64,000 bases of DNA, taken from a virus (lineage: Duplodnaviria > Heunggongvirae > Uroviricota > Caudoviricetes). How positions within the stretch are numbered: position 1 is the first letter of the stretch; every line of letters begins with the position of its first letter. This document shows positions 27,159 to 35,569 of the stretch, in pieces. The position numbers and the translations under genes were made by a program. The DNA lies in the IMG/VR virus record IMGVR_UViG_2595698353_000001, positions 14,564-78,563 of that record. One strand, written 5' to 3'. Below the pieces are notes generated by a model. That model saw only the letters and a program-made list of their open reading frames with translations. It searched no databases and was not told the DNA's origin.

Positions 27159-28160
27159 ATGACTGTCGCAACCGCACAGGGCTCCGGCCTGGGCCGCTTC
27201 GCCAAGGCTTCGGACGAGTACGTCAACCAGATCGTCGCGGCGCGCAAGCGTCTCGCCGGTCGCAAGCTGAGCGCGACCGAACGGAAGGCGAAGCTCGCTT
27301 CGATTCTGGCCGACTCGCAGAACGGCATGAAGCGTCTCGGCCAGTCCATGATCGGCCCGATTCAGCTCAAGCTGCGCTACCAGGGCATCACCCGCAACGT
27401 CCTCCTCGAGGACGCGCTGGTGCCCGGTGTGCCCGTCCAGTACGACGTCCTCGACGACGCTGGCCACGCGTACATCCTGCACGGCAACGAGGGCGAGATC
27501 CGCATCACGCCCTTCGAGGGCAAGCGCGTCGACGTGTCGCTGTTCCGCATCGCCACGTTCCCGACGATCAAGAAGGAGGATCTCTACTACCTCCGCTCGA
27601 ACGTCGTCGAGTACGCGCAGGACATGTCCAAGCAGTCCATCATGCAGCAGGAGGACGGCCGTCTGGTCCAGCTGCTCGAGGCCGCCGTGCTGCAGTACCG
27701 CATGGTCGACTCGGCTGCCGACCCGACCGGCGGCTCGCTGCCGAACGAGATCACCGTCGCGGGCACCAGCCTGTCGCCGAACGATCTCTACACGGCCGTG
27801 AGCTACACGGACCAGCGCCAGTTGGACAGCTCGCGCCTCCTGTGCAACCCGCAGGAGTACCGCGACTTCTACCGCTGGGACATCAACACGACCGGTTGGG
27901 CCTTCAAGGACTCCGTCGTGGCTGGCGAGCGCATCGTCCAGTTCGGTGAGTTCCAGATCGGCAAGTCGATCATCATCCCGCGTGGCACCACGTTCCTCAC
28001 CCCGGAGCCGCAGTTCCTCGGCGTCTTCCCGGTGATGTACTCGCTCGACGTCGAGGAGAACCCTCAGGTCGAGCAGTTCCACAAGGGCTGGGTCATGGAC
28101 GAGCTGGTCGGCATGGCCGTGCTCAACCCGCGCGGCATTGTGGTTTTGCGCAAGGCCTGA
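27159..28160 (+). CDS. major capsid protein (Bxz1-like)
   Basis: RLGQSMIGPIQLKLRYQGI.RNVLLED...FRIATFP.IKKEDLY...GWVMDELVGMAVLNPRGI, recognised as cluster C-type; strong RBS, terminator after. Confidence 0.9.
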   Translation: MTVATAQGSGLGRFAKASDEYVNQIVAARKRLAGRKLSATERKAKLASILADSQNGMKRLGQSMIGPIQLKLRYQGITRNVLLEDALVPGVPVQYDVLDDAGHAYILHGNEGEIRITPFEGKRVDVSLFRIATFPTIKKEDLYYLRSNVVEYAQDMSKQSIMQQEDGRLVQLLEAAVLQYRMVDSAADPTGGSLPNEITVAGTSLSPNDLYTAVSYTDQRQLDSSRLLCNPQEYRDFYRWDINTTGWAFKDSVVAGERIVQFGEFQIGKSIIIPRGTTFLTPEPQFLGVFPVMYSLDVEENPQVEQFHKGWVMDELVGMAVLNPRGIVVLRKA

Positions 28161-28177
28161 CGAGCAACGCACCGATG

Positions 28178-28211
28178 GAAAGCCCCGTCTCTTTCGAGAG
28201 GCGGGGCTTTC
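28178..28211 (+). terminator. intrinsic terminator after capsid gene
   Basis: GAAAGCCCCG-TCTCT-TTCG-AGAG-GCGGGGCTTTC, UUCG loop. Confidence 0.85.
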
Positions 28212-28226
28212 CCCGTGTCTGGGAGC

Positions 28227-28256
28227 TTGCGCTCACCTATAGGCGTCTAGTACACT
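28227..28256 (+). promoter_or_regulatory. early-type promoter TTGCGC-N18-TACACT
   Basis: Near-identical copies at 40194 and 44381; spacer carries CACCTATAGGCG. Confidence 0.75.
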
Positions 28257-28295
28257 GGACGAAGCAAGCCACACCAACCCCTCCAGGAGGACGCC

Positions 28296-28556
28296 ATGTC
28301 GAACACCACCGCCGCCCCGATCGCCAACGGCACCGTCGTCGAGCTCGCCGTGCACCCCCGCCTCGCGGCCGCCCGCGCCAAGCGCGGCGTCGTCGTCGAC
28401 TCCCCTCGCTTCACCGTCGTCGGCTCCCGCCCGCGCCCCGAGGAGATCGGCGGCGGCTTCTACTACGACCTCAAGGGCCTGCGCGGCGCTCTGGTCAAGG
28501 GCAAGACTGTCGGCGGCGTCAGCGACAACGGGCTCATCGTCATCGACAAGGGCTAG
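28296..28556 (+). CDS. hypothetical protein (island 1)
   Basis: AGGAGG RBS after promoter. Confidence 0.75.
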   Translation: MSNTTAAPIANGTVVELAVHPRLAAARAKRGVVVDSPRFTVVGSRPRPEEIGGGFYYDLKGLRGALVKGKTVGGVSDNGLIVIDKG

Positions 28557-28600
28557 TCCCCGGCCGCCCCACCAGCCACCCCAACCCTCAAGGAGAATCC

Positions 28601-28903
28601 GTGACCCTCGTCAACGTCCCCGCCGAAGCCCTCCCCGTCCTCGCCGAGGCCGCCGTCGCCGACCTGCTCCGCGAGATCTCGCTCTCCGCTGAGCGCATCG
28701 CGCAGAGCGTGGACACCATCGAGCGCCACCCCGACCGCGTCACCAAGGGGGGCATCCTGGCGCAGGAGGGCGAGCTGCACGGCCTGCTCGCCGCGTACCG
28801 TGCGCTGGCCCCGAGTCTGCGCCTCCCGAAGCAGCCCGTCGGCATCGCCCGCGCGGAGGCCATCGCCGACGCCGCCATCGCCCGCCTGTCCCGCTTCGCG
28901 TAG
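28601..28903 (+). CDS. hypothetical protein (island 1)
   Basis: GTG after AAGGAG. Confidence 0.7.
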   Translation: MTLVNVPAEALPVLAEAAVADLLREISLSAERIAQSVDTIERHPDRVTKGGILAQEGELHGLLAAYRALAPSLRLPKQPVGIARAEAIADAAIARLSRFA

Positions 28904-28935
28904 CCCCGCCGCCCCAACACTCCAGGAGGACCCCC

Positions 28936-29211
28936 ATGAGCGCACACGACATCGTCGCCTACACCTACCGCACCGAGACCCTGTGCCCGGACTGCCTGAT
29001 CGAGGGCCTGATCCGCACCGGCTGGGCCGCCCCGGCCGCCCGCGACCTGCCGGTCGAGGAGGCCCTGGACCAGATCGCCGGGGCCAACGCCATCGACCGC
29101 GAGGACGAGCGCAGCTTCGACTCCGGCGACTTCCCCAAGGTCGTGCTCGAGATCCAGGTCGAGAGCCCCGAGGAGCTCTGCGGCAGCTGCGGCGAGCCGA
29201 TCGTGCCCTGA
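28936..29211 (+). CDS. Zn-binding hypothetical protein (island 1)
   Basis: AYTY...LCPDC...FDS.DFPK...CGSCG; AGGAGG RBS. Confidence 0.75.
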   Translation: MSAHDIVAYTYRTETLCPDCLIEGLIRTGWAAPAARDLPVEEALDQIAGANAIDREDERSFDSGDFPKVVLEIQVESPEELCGSCGEPIVP

Positions 29212-29230
29212 TATAGACTGGCCCCCAGCC

Positions 29231-29260
29231 ACCCCGCCCTCTCGTTAGGGCGGGGTTTTT
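29231..29260 (+). terminator. intrinsic terminator
   Basis: ACCCCGCCCT/AGGGCGGGGT stem plus TTTT. Confidence 0.85.
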
Positions 29261-29263
29261 CTT

Positions 29264-29272
29264 TGCTATAGT
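29264..29272 (+). promoter_or_regulatory. extended -10 promoter TGCTATAGT
   Basis: Same 9-mer as 2219, both followed by ATGTAG; RBS AAAGGAG downstream. Confidence 0.55.
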
Positions 29273-29301
29273 GCGGATGTAGCCCAACTAAAGGAGTCCG
29301 C

Positions 29302-29949
29302 ATGAGCTTCGAGCCCGGCCCCTGGCCCGCGTGCGACGTCGCCGAACTCGCGCTGTCCATCTGCCTCACCGAGCGCGGGTACATCGGCACCCGTGCCTCC
29401 ATCCGGCGGCACTCGCGCGGGTCGTTCACCGTCACCTCCGCTCATGAGGTCCGCTCCTACCTGCAGGCCGGGACACCCTTCAGCCGCCCCGACTTCGACG
29501 AGGCGCGGCGCAAGGTGGTGTGGGCCGACATCCTGGACGTCTGCGCGGCCGTCGATGCCGAGCCCGGCGACCCGATCACCACTGACCAGATCACCGGCGT
29601 GGTCGAGGCGGCCTACCTCGTGTGCACCCGGATCGGCGACGTCAACGACGCGATCGGCGCGCTCGGCGACCGGGCCAAGATCCTCGGCGACTACGGCCAC
29701 CGGATCGAGGAGCTGCGGGTCCGGGTGGAGGTCCCGAACTACTTCGAGAATGCCCAGGGGACCTCGTATCGGTACATCGGCCTCGCCGACGACGTCTACC
29801 CGCTGATCTGGTTCATCTCGTCCGAGTTCGCCCGCGAGCAGTCGGGCCGCGAGTACGTCCTCCACAAGGTGTTCGTCGACGGCGTCATCACCTGGAAGGG
29901 CGTGCAGTACACCCGGATCAAGCGCAGCTGGTTCGAGCTCGCCACGTAG
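29302..29949 (+). CDS. hypothetical protein
   Basis: AAAGGAG RBS, 215 aa. Confidence 0.75.
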   Translation: MSFEPGPWPACDVAELALSICLTERGYIGTRASIRRHSRGSFTVTSAHEVRSYLQAGTPFSRPDFDEARRKVVWADILDVCAAVDAEPGDPITTDQITGVVEAAYLVCTRIGDVNDAIGALGDRAKILGDYGHRIEELRVRVEVPNYFENAQGTSYRYIGLADDVYPLIWFISSEFAREQSGREYVLHKVFVDGVITWKGVQYTRIKRSWFELAT

Positions 29950-29960
29950 GGGCTGTCGTG

Positions 29961-30017
29961 CCGCGTGCGTCCCGCATCAATAGGTGGTTCAACCACTTCG
30001 ACGTCGGGAGCACGCGG
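29961..30017 (+). promoter_or_regulatory. putative late promoter GCATCAATAGG (29974-84) inside RBS/start-occluding hairpin
   Basis: CCGCGTGC-G-TCCCG(29961-74) pairs with CGGGA-GCACGCGG(30005-17), which holds the RBS and first base of GTG. Confidence 0.65.
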
Positions 30018-31492
30018 TGCGCAGTTACTACGTACGCAACCTGACCGCCAGCGCGGTCACCATCAATGACGGCAGCCAGGAGATCCTCGCGCTCGAGGGC
30101 CAGGGCAGCCGCTGGGATCGCGACCCCGTGCCGCTGTACGTGCTCGACCGCCCGGACTTCCAGAGGCTCTGGGCCGCAGGCAAGGTCGCGGTGTATTCGG
30201 ATGCCGGGTACAGCCAGCTGCTCACGCGCCCGACGTCCGGGACCGTCATCGAGGCCGTGCGGGACGCCTCGATGGCCGACCGACTCATCGATGCGCGCTC
30301 CGGCGCGCTGACCGTCTTCCTGGGCGACTCGATCACACAGAACCTCAACACCCTGACCAACCCCGACCAGCCGCTCCTGGGCGAGTCCTTCGCCACGCTC
30401 TGCGCGATCAAGTCCGGCCAGCGGGTGCTGTACGGCCGCAACGCGGGCGTCACGAACAACACGGTGCAGGACGCCGCTGCCCGGCTGAGCGCGGACGTGA
30501 TCGCCTACCGCCCCGACCGCTGCGTGGTCCTGCTCGGCACCAACAACACCAACCAGCCGACGCCGACCATCCCCGACACGATGACGGCGTACGAGGAAGG
30601 CATTCTTCGTCCGCTGCTGGACGCGGGAATCGAGCCGATCGTCTGCACCGTCCCGCCGCGCAACGGCGTGCGCGCCTCGGACATCGCGACGTACCGCCGC
30701 CAGGGGCAGTGGAACGCCTTCCTGCGCTCGATCGCCAGTCGGTACCACCTCCGCCTCGTCGACCTCTATGCGGCGACGGTGGACCCCGCGACGGGCGACT
30801 ACAAGGCGGGCTACAGCGGCGACGGCGTGCACCCGAGCAAGGTTGGCTACCAGGCGATGTCCGATGCCTTCGTCAAGGCCGTCTCGCCGCACTATCCGGC
30901 CGAGGGCGTGCAGCTCGAGCGCGACCGGTACTCGGCCATCGGTCTCGCGCCCAACCCGGTTTTCCTGGAAGGACTGACCGGCACCGGCAACGTGCTGCCC
31001 GCCGGGTGGACGGGATCCACCACGGGCGTCACCGTCACCCTCGAGGATCCCGTGCAGGGCGACGGCCTGGAGGCGGGCAAGTGGGTCAAGATCGACAAGA
31101 CCGACACGGCGACGACGAAGAACGTCAACTGGGTCAAGTCGCTGTCGGCGCTCGGGGCCGCCGGGACTCCGGTTGCGATCGGTGATCGGATCGCATGGGG
31201 CTTCCGCTACAAGATCACAGGGAGCGGCGCGGTCGGCCAGAGCGCGTACGTCACCATTGCCCTGCGCTACACGGACTCTGGCGGCGCGAACGCTCGAATC
31301 ATCACCCCGATGAATCAGTTCGAGCTCGACAGCACGGGCGTCGTCTACTACGAGTCGGCGGTGCCGCCGGGGTGCACGGGCCTGCGCTTCGACGTCTCGT
31401 TCGCACAGACCTCCGCCCAGGAGATCTGGCTGGGCCAGATGACCGTTCGGAACCTGACCGGGCTCTCTCTTCCGCCGCAGACGCGGCCGTAG
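30017..31492 (+). CDS. SGNH/GDSL esterase with shared N-terminal module and C-terminal beta-sandwich
   Basis: Blocks FLGDSIT, NAGV, LLGTNN, DGVHP; start GTG 30017. Confidence 0.85.
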   Translation: MRSYYVRNLTASAVTINDGSQEILALEGQGSRWDRDPVPLYVLDRPDFQRLWAAGKVAVYSDAGYSQLLTRPTSGTVIEAVRDASMADRLIDARSGALTVFLGDSITQNLNTLTNPDQPLLGESFATLCAIKSGQRVLYGRNAGVTNNTVQDAAARLSADVIAYRPDRCVVLLGTNNTNQPTPTIPDTMTAYEEGILRPLLDAGIEPIVCTVPPRNGVRASDIATYRRQGQWNAFLRSIASRYHLRLVDLYAATVDPATGDYKAGYSGDGVHPSKVGYQAMSDAFVKAVSPHYPAEGVQLERDRYSAIGLAPNPVFLEGLTGTGNVLPAGWTGSTTGVTVTLEDPVQGDGLEAGKWVKIDKTDTATTKNVNWVKSLSALGAAGTPVAIGDRIAWGFRYKITGSGAVGQSAYVTIALRYTDSGGANARIITPMNQFELDSTGVVYYESAVPPGCTGLRFDVSFAQTSAQEIWLGQMTVRNLTGLSLPPQTRP

Positions 31493-31495
31493 TAG

Positions 31496-31810
31496 CGTCG
31501 GGCAGTGCCGCCGACGGTAGTCGCCGGAAGTGGTTCGTGTAGGAGGTCTCCGGGGCAGCAGTACCCGTTCGCGGGCAGCCCCACGGAAGAAGGTTTCCAG
31601 CCTTGCGCGCCCGTCTCGACACAGCAACGCCCCGGCGGCCATCCGTTCCCGCCGGGGCGTTTCTGCTACTCTGCTGAAGCGGTCGCGAGCAGATGCGCTC
31701 GGCCAGCTCCGATTCCGCCTCCCGTAGCGCTACGGGGAGCGGATGGGTGAAGCGGGCCGCCGGGTTGGAGTCCCGGGTGGCTGCGAAACGGTGCGGAGAC
31801 AGGATCTCCG
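31496..31810 (+). ncRNA. candidate structured non-coding RNA (family unknown)
   Basis: About 320 nt between convergent genes with at least six stems, a UUCG loop, a T-arm-like hairpin and a 7-nt loop/strand complement; no credible ORF. Confidence 0.3.
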
Positions 31811-31819
31811 TTAATAGAT

Positions 31820-31853
31820 GAAGGCCCCGGCAGGAGATCCCGCCGGGGCCTTC
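31820..31853. terminator. terminator-like hairpin at 3' end of the minus-strand gene
   Basis: GAAGGCCCCGGC/GCCGGGGCCTTC 12-bp stem. Confidence 0.7.
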
Positions 31854-31865
31854 TCATGTCCCGAG

Positions 31866-32759
31866 CTATCGGCGCGCCGCGATCATCTCCGGCAGCTTCG
31901 CGTTCACGGCCTGCGCGAGGTAGGTCGTGTACGCCACGCCGTTGCCATACGGCCCGCGCGCCGGGTTCGCGTACAGCGTGTGCTCGCCGAGCTTCGGGTC
32001 CAGGTAGCCGCGCAGCTCGAGCACCGCGCGCGTGATGCGGAACGGCGCGATGGCCAGCAGCGTGGCCAGCTGGTTCCGGCGGTGCGCGTCGGACAGCGCC
32101 CGCACCAGCCACGCGGTGATCGCCGGGACGGTGATCTGCCCCTTCGCGTTCAGCTCGAACTCCATCCGGTCGATGAGGTCGTTCAGGTCGCGCAGCAGCG
32201 AGTCAGGATCCGCGTTGCACATCGCGTCCGCCGGATTCACCGCCTCGAACACCGGCCGCCGGGGCACCTCGCCGGTGCCGGTCCGGTTCGCCACGCCCCA
32301 GCCAATCTTGTTCTGTACGTTGCCGATCTCGATGACCTTGCCGGGCGCGAAGTTCGACCGGGTGCGGCACGGGTTCGAGATATTGACGAAGCCGATCACG
32401 CGCCCGAACACGTCGGCGTGCTGGCCCCGGTGCATCTCCTGCATCAGCTCCCACGACACCTCGCCGCCCTGGCTGTAGCCGCCGATCATCAGGAGGCCGG
32501 GGTGCTCGCGCGCCACCTCGAGCACGCGGGCCTTGCCGATCTGGCGGCTGTCGTGGTGGCTCTCGCCGCCGAGCCCGCTGGTGCTGACCGGGCCGAACGA
32601 GGCGTCGTAGCCCGCCCACGCCCCGTGCACGCGCGGGTCGAGCTTCTGCACCAGCGCGGTGCCCATCGTGCGCGTCTCGAGCACCGTCTTGCGCTTGTCT
32701 CCCGGGTACGACTCGCCCGTCCCCGGGCTCCACACGAGCGTCACGTCCTGCGTTGCCAT
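31866..32759 (-). CDS. cutinase-like alpha/beta hydrolase (lysin B-like)
   Basis: GYSQGG nucleophile elbow, ISNPCR, NPADAMC, distal H; RBS AGGAG on minus strand. Confidence 0.75.
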   Translation of the reverse strand: MATQDVTLVWSPGTGESYPGDKRKTVLETRTMGTALVQKLDPRVHGAWAGYDASFGPVSTSGLGGESHHDSRQIGKARVLEVAREHPGLLMIGGYSQGGEVSWELMQEMHRGQHADVFGRVIGFVNISNPCRTRSNFAPGKVIEIGNVQNKIGWGVANRTGTGEVPRRPVFEAVNPADAMCNADPDSLLRDLNDLIDRMEFELNAKGQITVPAITAWLVRALSDAHRRNQLATLLAIAPFRITRAVLELRGYLDPKLGEHTLYANPARGPYGNGVAYTTYLAQAVNAKLPEMIAARR

Positions 32760-32808
32760 CTCAGTCTCCTGTCTGCAGTGGTTACCGCTTACGTCGCCGC
32801 AGCGCCGT

Positions 32809-32880
32809 CATGCCACCCCGGCGCGCGGGGCGGCATCAATTGGTGACGAATGAAAAAACCAAGCGTTGGGGTGAGGCATG
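32809..32880 (+). promoter_or_regulatory. putative late promoter GCATCAATTGG (32833-43) within RBS/ATG-occluding hairpin
   Basis: CATGC-CACCCC(32809-19) pairs with GGGGTG-AG-GCATG(32868-80). Confidence 0.5.
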
Positions 32881-33846
32881 CAGAGCTATTACGTTGAGAG
32901 CCTGGTCGCGGAGGCCATCACGCTGGATGTGCGCGGCCGCGAGGGGCTGCGGCTCGAGGGCGTCGGCGACCGGCAGCAGGTCTGGGCATACGTGGCGGAG
33001 CAGCCCGGCTTCGTCCGGCTGTGGACTCGCGGCGACATCGCCGTCTATTCGGATTCTGGGTACACCGTCCGGATCGCCACTCCGCCGAACGGCGGCGCAT
33101 CGCAGGCGGCCCGCGACGCTGACGTCATCCGGGTGATGACCGCGAACGCGCTCGCGCCCGGATGGAAGCAGCGCTGGTTCGGCGGCTCGATCCGCAACCT
33201 GGGCGCGGCAGGCGGCTATTGGCAGCCGATCTCCGACGGCGCGCATTGGCCGTTCGGGATGCCGACGGTCGTCACGACCACGATCGGGATCGAGATCAGC
33301 TACGACTTCGAGGCGGCCGGGATCGGCACCGTGATCGTGTCTCCGGACGAGACACTCTCGGTCAACGGCTGGTCCGCTGGCGCGACCGTCGAGAAGTCGA
33401 TGTGCCGAATCAAGCTGGGCCGCAAGAAGACGATCGCGGACCACATCACGTGGAACGGGACGGCCTGGACGAGCGCGGGTGGCGTGTTCACTCCGACCTG
33501 GTCCACGGCCAGCGGCGGCATGCTCGTCCTCAAGCACGAGAAGATCTTCGGCCAGGGCTACTCGGTCACGCCGCGCGGGTACGACGTGGAGGCCGTGATC
33601 GCGACGGCGGGTGCATCGGATCCCGCGACCGAGACCCGGATCCAGCTGCACACCCGGGCCACCGGCGCGCAGATCGCAACCACGGCGGAGATCCCGGCCA
33701 ACACCCGGGTCTACGTCTCGCGGACGGATGCGGTCCCCGCCCTCGGCGGGGCGATCAACCCGCAGTCGGCCCCGGACCAGACCGAGCTGCCGGACAGCAA
33801 CATCTGGATCCTCGGCGTGCACCACACGGGACCGCGTCCGTCCTGA
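32878..33846 (+). CDS. putative virion appendage / receptor-binding protein with shared N-terminal module
   Basis: N-terminal 65 aa align with 30017, 42689 and 46121; beta-rich C-terminus. Confidence 0.7.
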   Translation: MQSYYVESLVAEAITLDVRGREGLRLEGVGDRQQVWAYVAEQPGFVRLWTRGDIAVYSDSGYTVRIATPPNGGASQAARDADVIRVMTANALAPGWKQRWFGGSIRNLGAAGGYWQPISDGAHWPFGMPTVVTTTIGIEISYDFEAAGIGTVIVSPDETLSVNGWSAGATVEKSMCRIKLGRKKTIADHITWNGTAWTSAGGVFTPTWSTASGGMLVLKHEKIFGQGYSVTPRGYDVEAVIATAGASDPATETRIQLHTRATGAQIATTAEIPANTRVYVSRTDAVPALGGAINPQSAPDQTELPDSNIWILGVHHTGPRPS

Positions 33847-33858
33847 CCGAGGTGGGGA

Positions 33859-33886
33859 GGGGCGGACGTCATGCCACGTCCGCCCC
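33859..33886 (+). terminator. hairpin (terminator-like) before the 33893 promoter motif
   Basis: GGGGCGGACGT/ACGTCCGCCCC 11-bp stem; no U tract. Confidence 0.45.
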
Positions 33887-33892
33887 CGAACC

Positions 33893-33913
33893 GCATCAAT
33901 TGGCAGACCAACC
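33893..33913 (+). promoter_or_regulatory. putative late promoter GCATCAATTGGCAGACCAACC
   Basis: 19/21 identical to 51073-51093 upstream of the sheath gene. Confidence 0.6.
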
Positions 33914-33925
33914 AGGAGGTGACCA

Positions 33926-34759
33926 GTGGCGCGCGTACAGGCCACCGCCTACGCCTTCGACCCCAAGGCGCGGACGATCACGCTGACCGAGGCGATCCCC
34001 CTCGACCAGATGACGTCCATCCGCAACCTCACCACCGGTGATGTCCTCTTCCTCGCGGAGGACTACGTCTCGTCGCCGAGCTCGTTCCACATCGAGGGCA
34101 ACGTCATCTACCTGCCGACGATGTCGAGCAAGTGTCAGTACACCGACCGGCTCGAGGTCCTGTGGGAGACCGACGGCCCGATCCCGAGCAACCCGAACTC
34201 GTGGACGAGCTATGCGCCGCTGTGGAATCCGTCGTTCGTCGGCCGAGTCACGATGCAGCGGCTGCGCATCGCCGACGGCAAGGGCCGCGAGGGCCACGTG
34301 CTCACGTCCGACGACGCGGGCAACGCACGGTGGGCACCGGTCGGCGGGGCCGACCTCGATGATCTCGAGGAGCGGCTGGACGACCTCGAGGCGACTCGGG
34401 CACCGACCGCCAGCCCGACCTTCTCCGGCATGGCGTCGATGGCCGACGCCCGCGTATCCGGCAACCTCGTCGCGACCTCGCTCTCGATCCCGACGCCGGG
34501 GATGGGGCAGGGGCGCGTGCTGACGTCCGACATGTTCGGCAACGCCTCGTGGGAGACGCCGTCGGGCAACACCTATCGGTACGACCAGGTGTCACCTGCG
34601 TCGAGCTGGCCGATCTATCACTCCCTGGGCCGCGAGCCCGTGGATGTCGCGGTGTGGGTCGGGGGCCGCCGCGTGTATTGCGACGTCGAGGTGGTTGACA
34701 CCTCGCTCGTCGTCCTGACCTTCGCTGACCCGACCGCCGGGTACGCGACCCTCACGTAA
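33926..34759 (+). CDS. fibre/minor tail protein
   Basis: Two G.VLTSD..GNA.W shaft repeats; N-terminal module shared with 43169. Confidence 0.75.
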   Translation: MARVQATAYAFDPKARTITLTEAIPLDQMTSIRNLTTGDVLFLAEDYVSSPSSFHIEGNVIYLPTMSSKCQYTDRLEVLWETDGPIPSNPNSWTSYAPLWNPSFVGRVTMQRLRIADGKGREGHVLTSDDAGNARWAPVGGADLDDLEERLDDLEATRAPTASPTFSGMASMADARVSGNLVATSLSIPTPGMGQGRVLTSDMFGNASWETPSGNTYRYDQVSPASSWPIYHSLGREPVDVAVWVGGRRVYCDVEVVDTSLVVLTFADPTAGYATLT

Positions 34760-34765
34760 GGAGCC

Positions 34766-35566
34766 GTGGTGGCCACTCAATTCCTCAATGGCATCGACGT
34801 CACGAATCAGCGGATTCAGAACGTCGGCAGCCCGAGTCAGGCGACGGACGCCGTCACCAAGTCGTACGTCGACGCCCAGATTCGCGGCCTGCGCTGGGAG
34901 ATGCCCGCGCGCGTCGCGCCGACCGGCAACATCACCATCTCGAGCCCGGGCGGCACCATCGACACCGTCACGATGGCGTCCGGCGACCGCGTGCTGCTCA
35001 TGTTCCAGACGGCCGGTGCCGAGAACGGCGTCTACGTCTGGAACGGCGCAGCGGTGCCGCTGACCCGCGCGGCCGACGCGAATGCGCAGGGCGATCTCGA
35101 TGCGGGCACCACGCTGACCGTCACCGAGGGCACCGTCTACGGCGGCAAGGTCTTTCACGTCATCTCGCCCGCCACCGGCCCGATCGGCACCACGGCGACC
35201 GTGTGGGGCCAGCTTGGCGGCAGCTCGGTCTCGTACGTCAACGGCGCTGGTCTGGACCTGACCGGCACCACGTTCTCGGTGAAGACCAAGGTGGGCGGCG
35301 GCGTCATCGCCGACGGCACCGGCGTGTACATCGACACCACGAAGTTCGCGCGGATCTTCTCGGCGAACGTCGGCGACGGCACGGCCACCACGGTCACCCT
35401 GACGCACAACTTCGCGACGTACGACGTCGGCGTCACGGTCTTCACCGCGAGCGGCCAGCGGCCGGACGTGATGCCGGACATCACCCGACCGAGCGTCAAC
35501 ACCGTGGCGCTGACGTTTGCCACTGCGCCGACCTCCGGCGCGTACCGCGCGCTGGTTGTGGGGTAG
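34766..35566 (+). CDS. fibre/minor tail protein
   Basis: PSQATDAVTKSYVD; GDRVLL..Q...ENGVYV; GAGL.L.GTTFSV; C-terminal THN...DV.V.V. Confidence 0.75.
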   Translation: MVATQFLNGIDVTNQRIQNVGSPSQATDAVTKSYVDAQIRGLRWEMPARVAPTGNITISSPGGTIDTVTMASGDRVLLMFQTAGAENGVYVWNGAAVPLTRAADANAQGDLDAGTTLTVTEGTVYGGKVFHVISPATGPIGTTATVWGQLGGSSVSYVNGAGLDLTGTTFSVKTKVGGGVIADGTGVYIDTTKFARIFSANVGDGTATTVTLTHNFATYDVGVTVFTASGQRPDVMPDITRPSVNTVALTFATAPTSGAYRALVVG

Positions 35567-35569
35567 CCG

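Noticed and set aside
31699-31790. tRNA, tmRNA or RNase P reading of the structured intergenic region
   Set aside because: T-loop has TTGGAGT rather than TTCGANT, there is no D arm or CCA end, no tmRNA tag frame or termini, and no GAGGAAAGTCC
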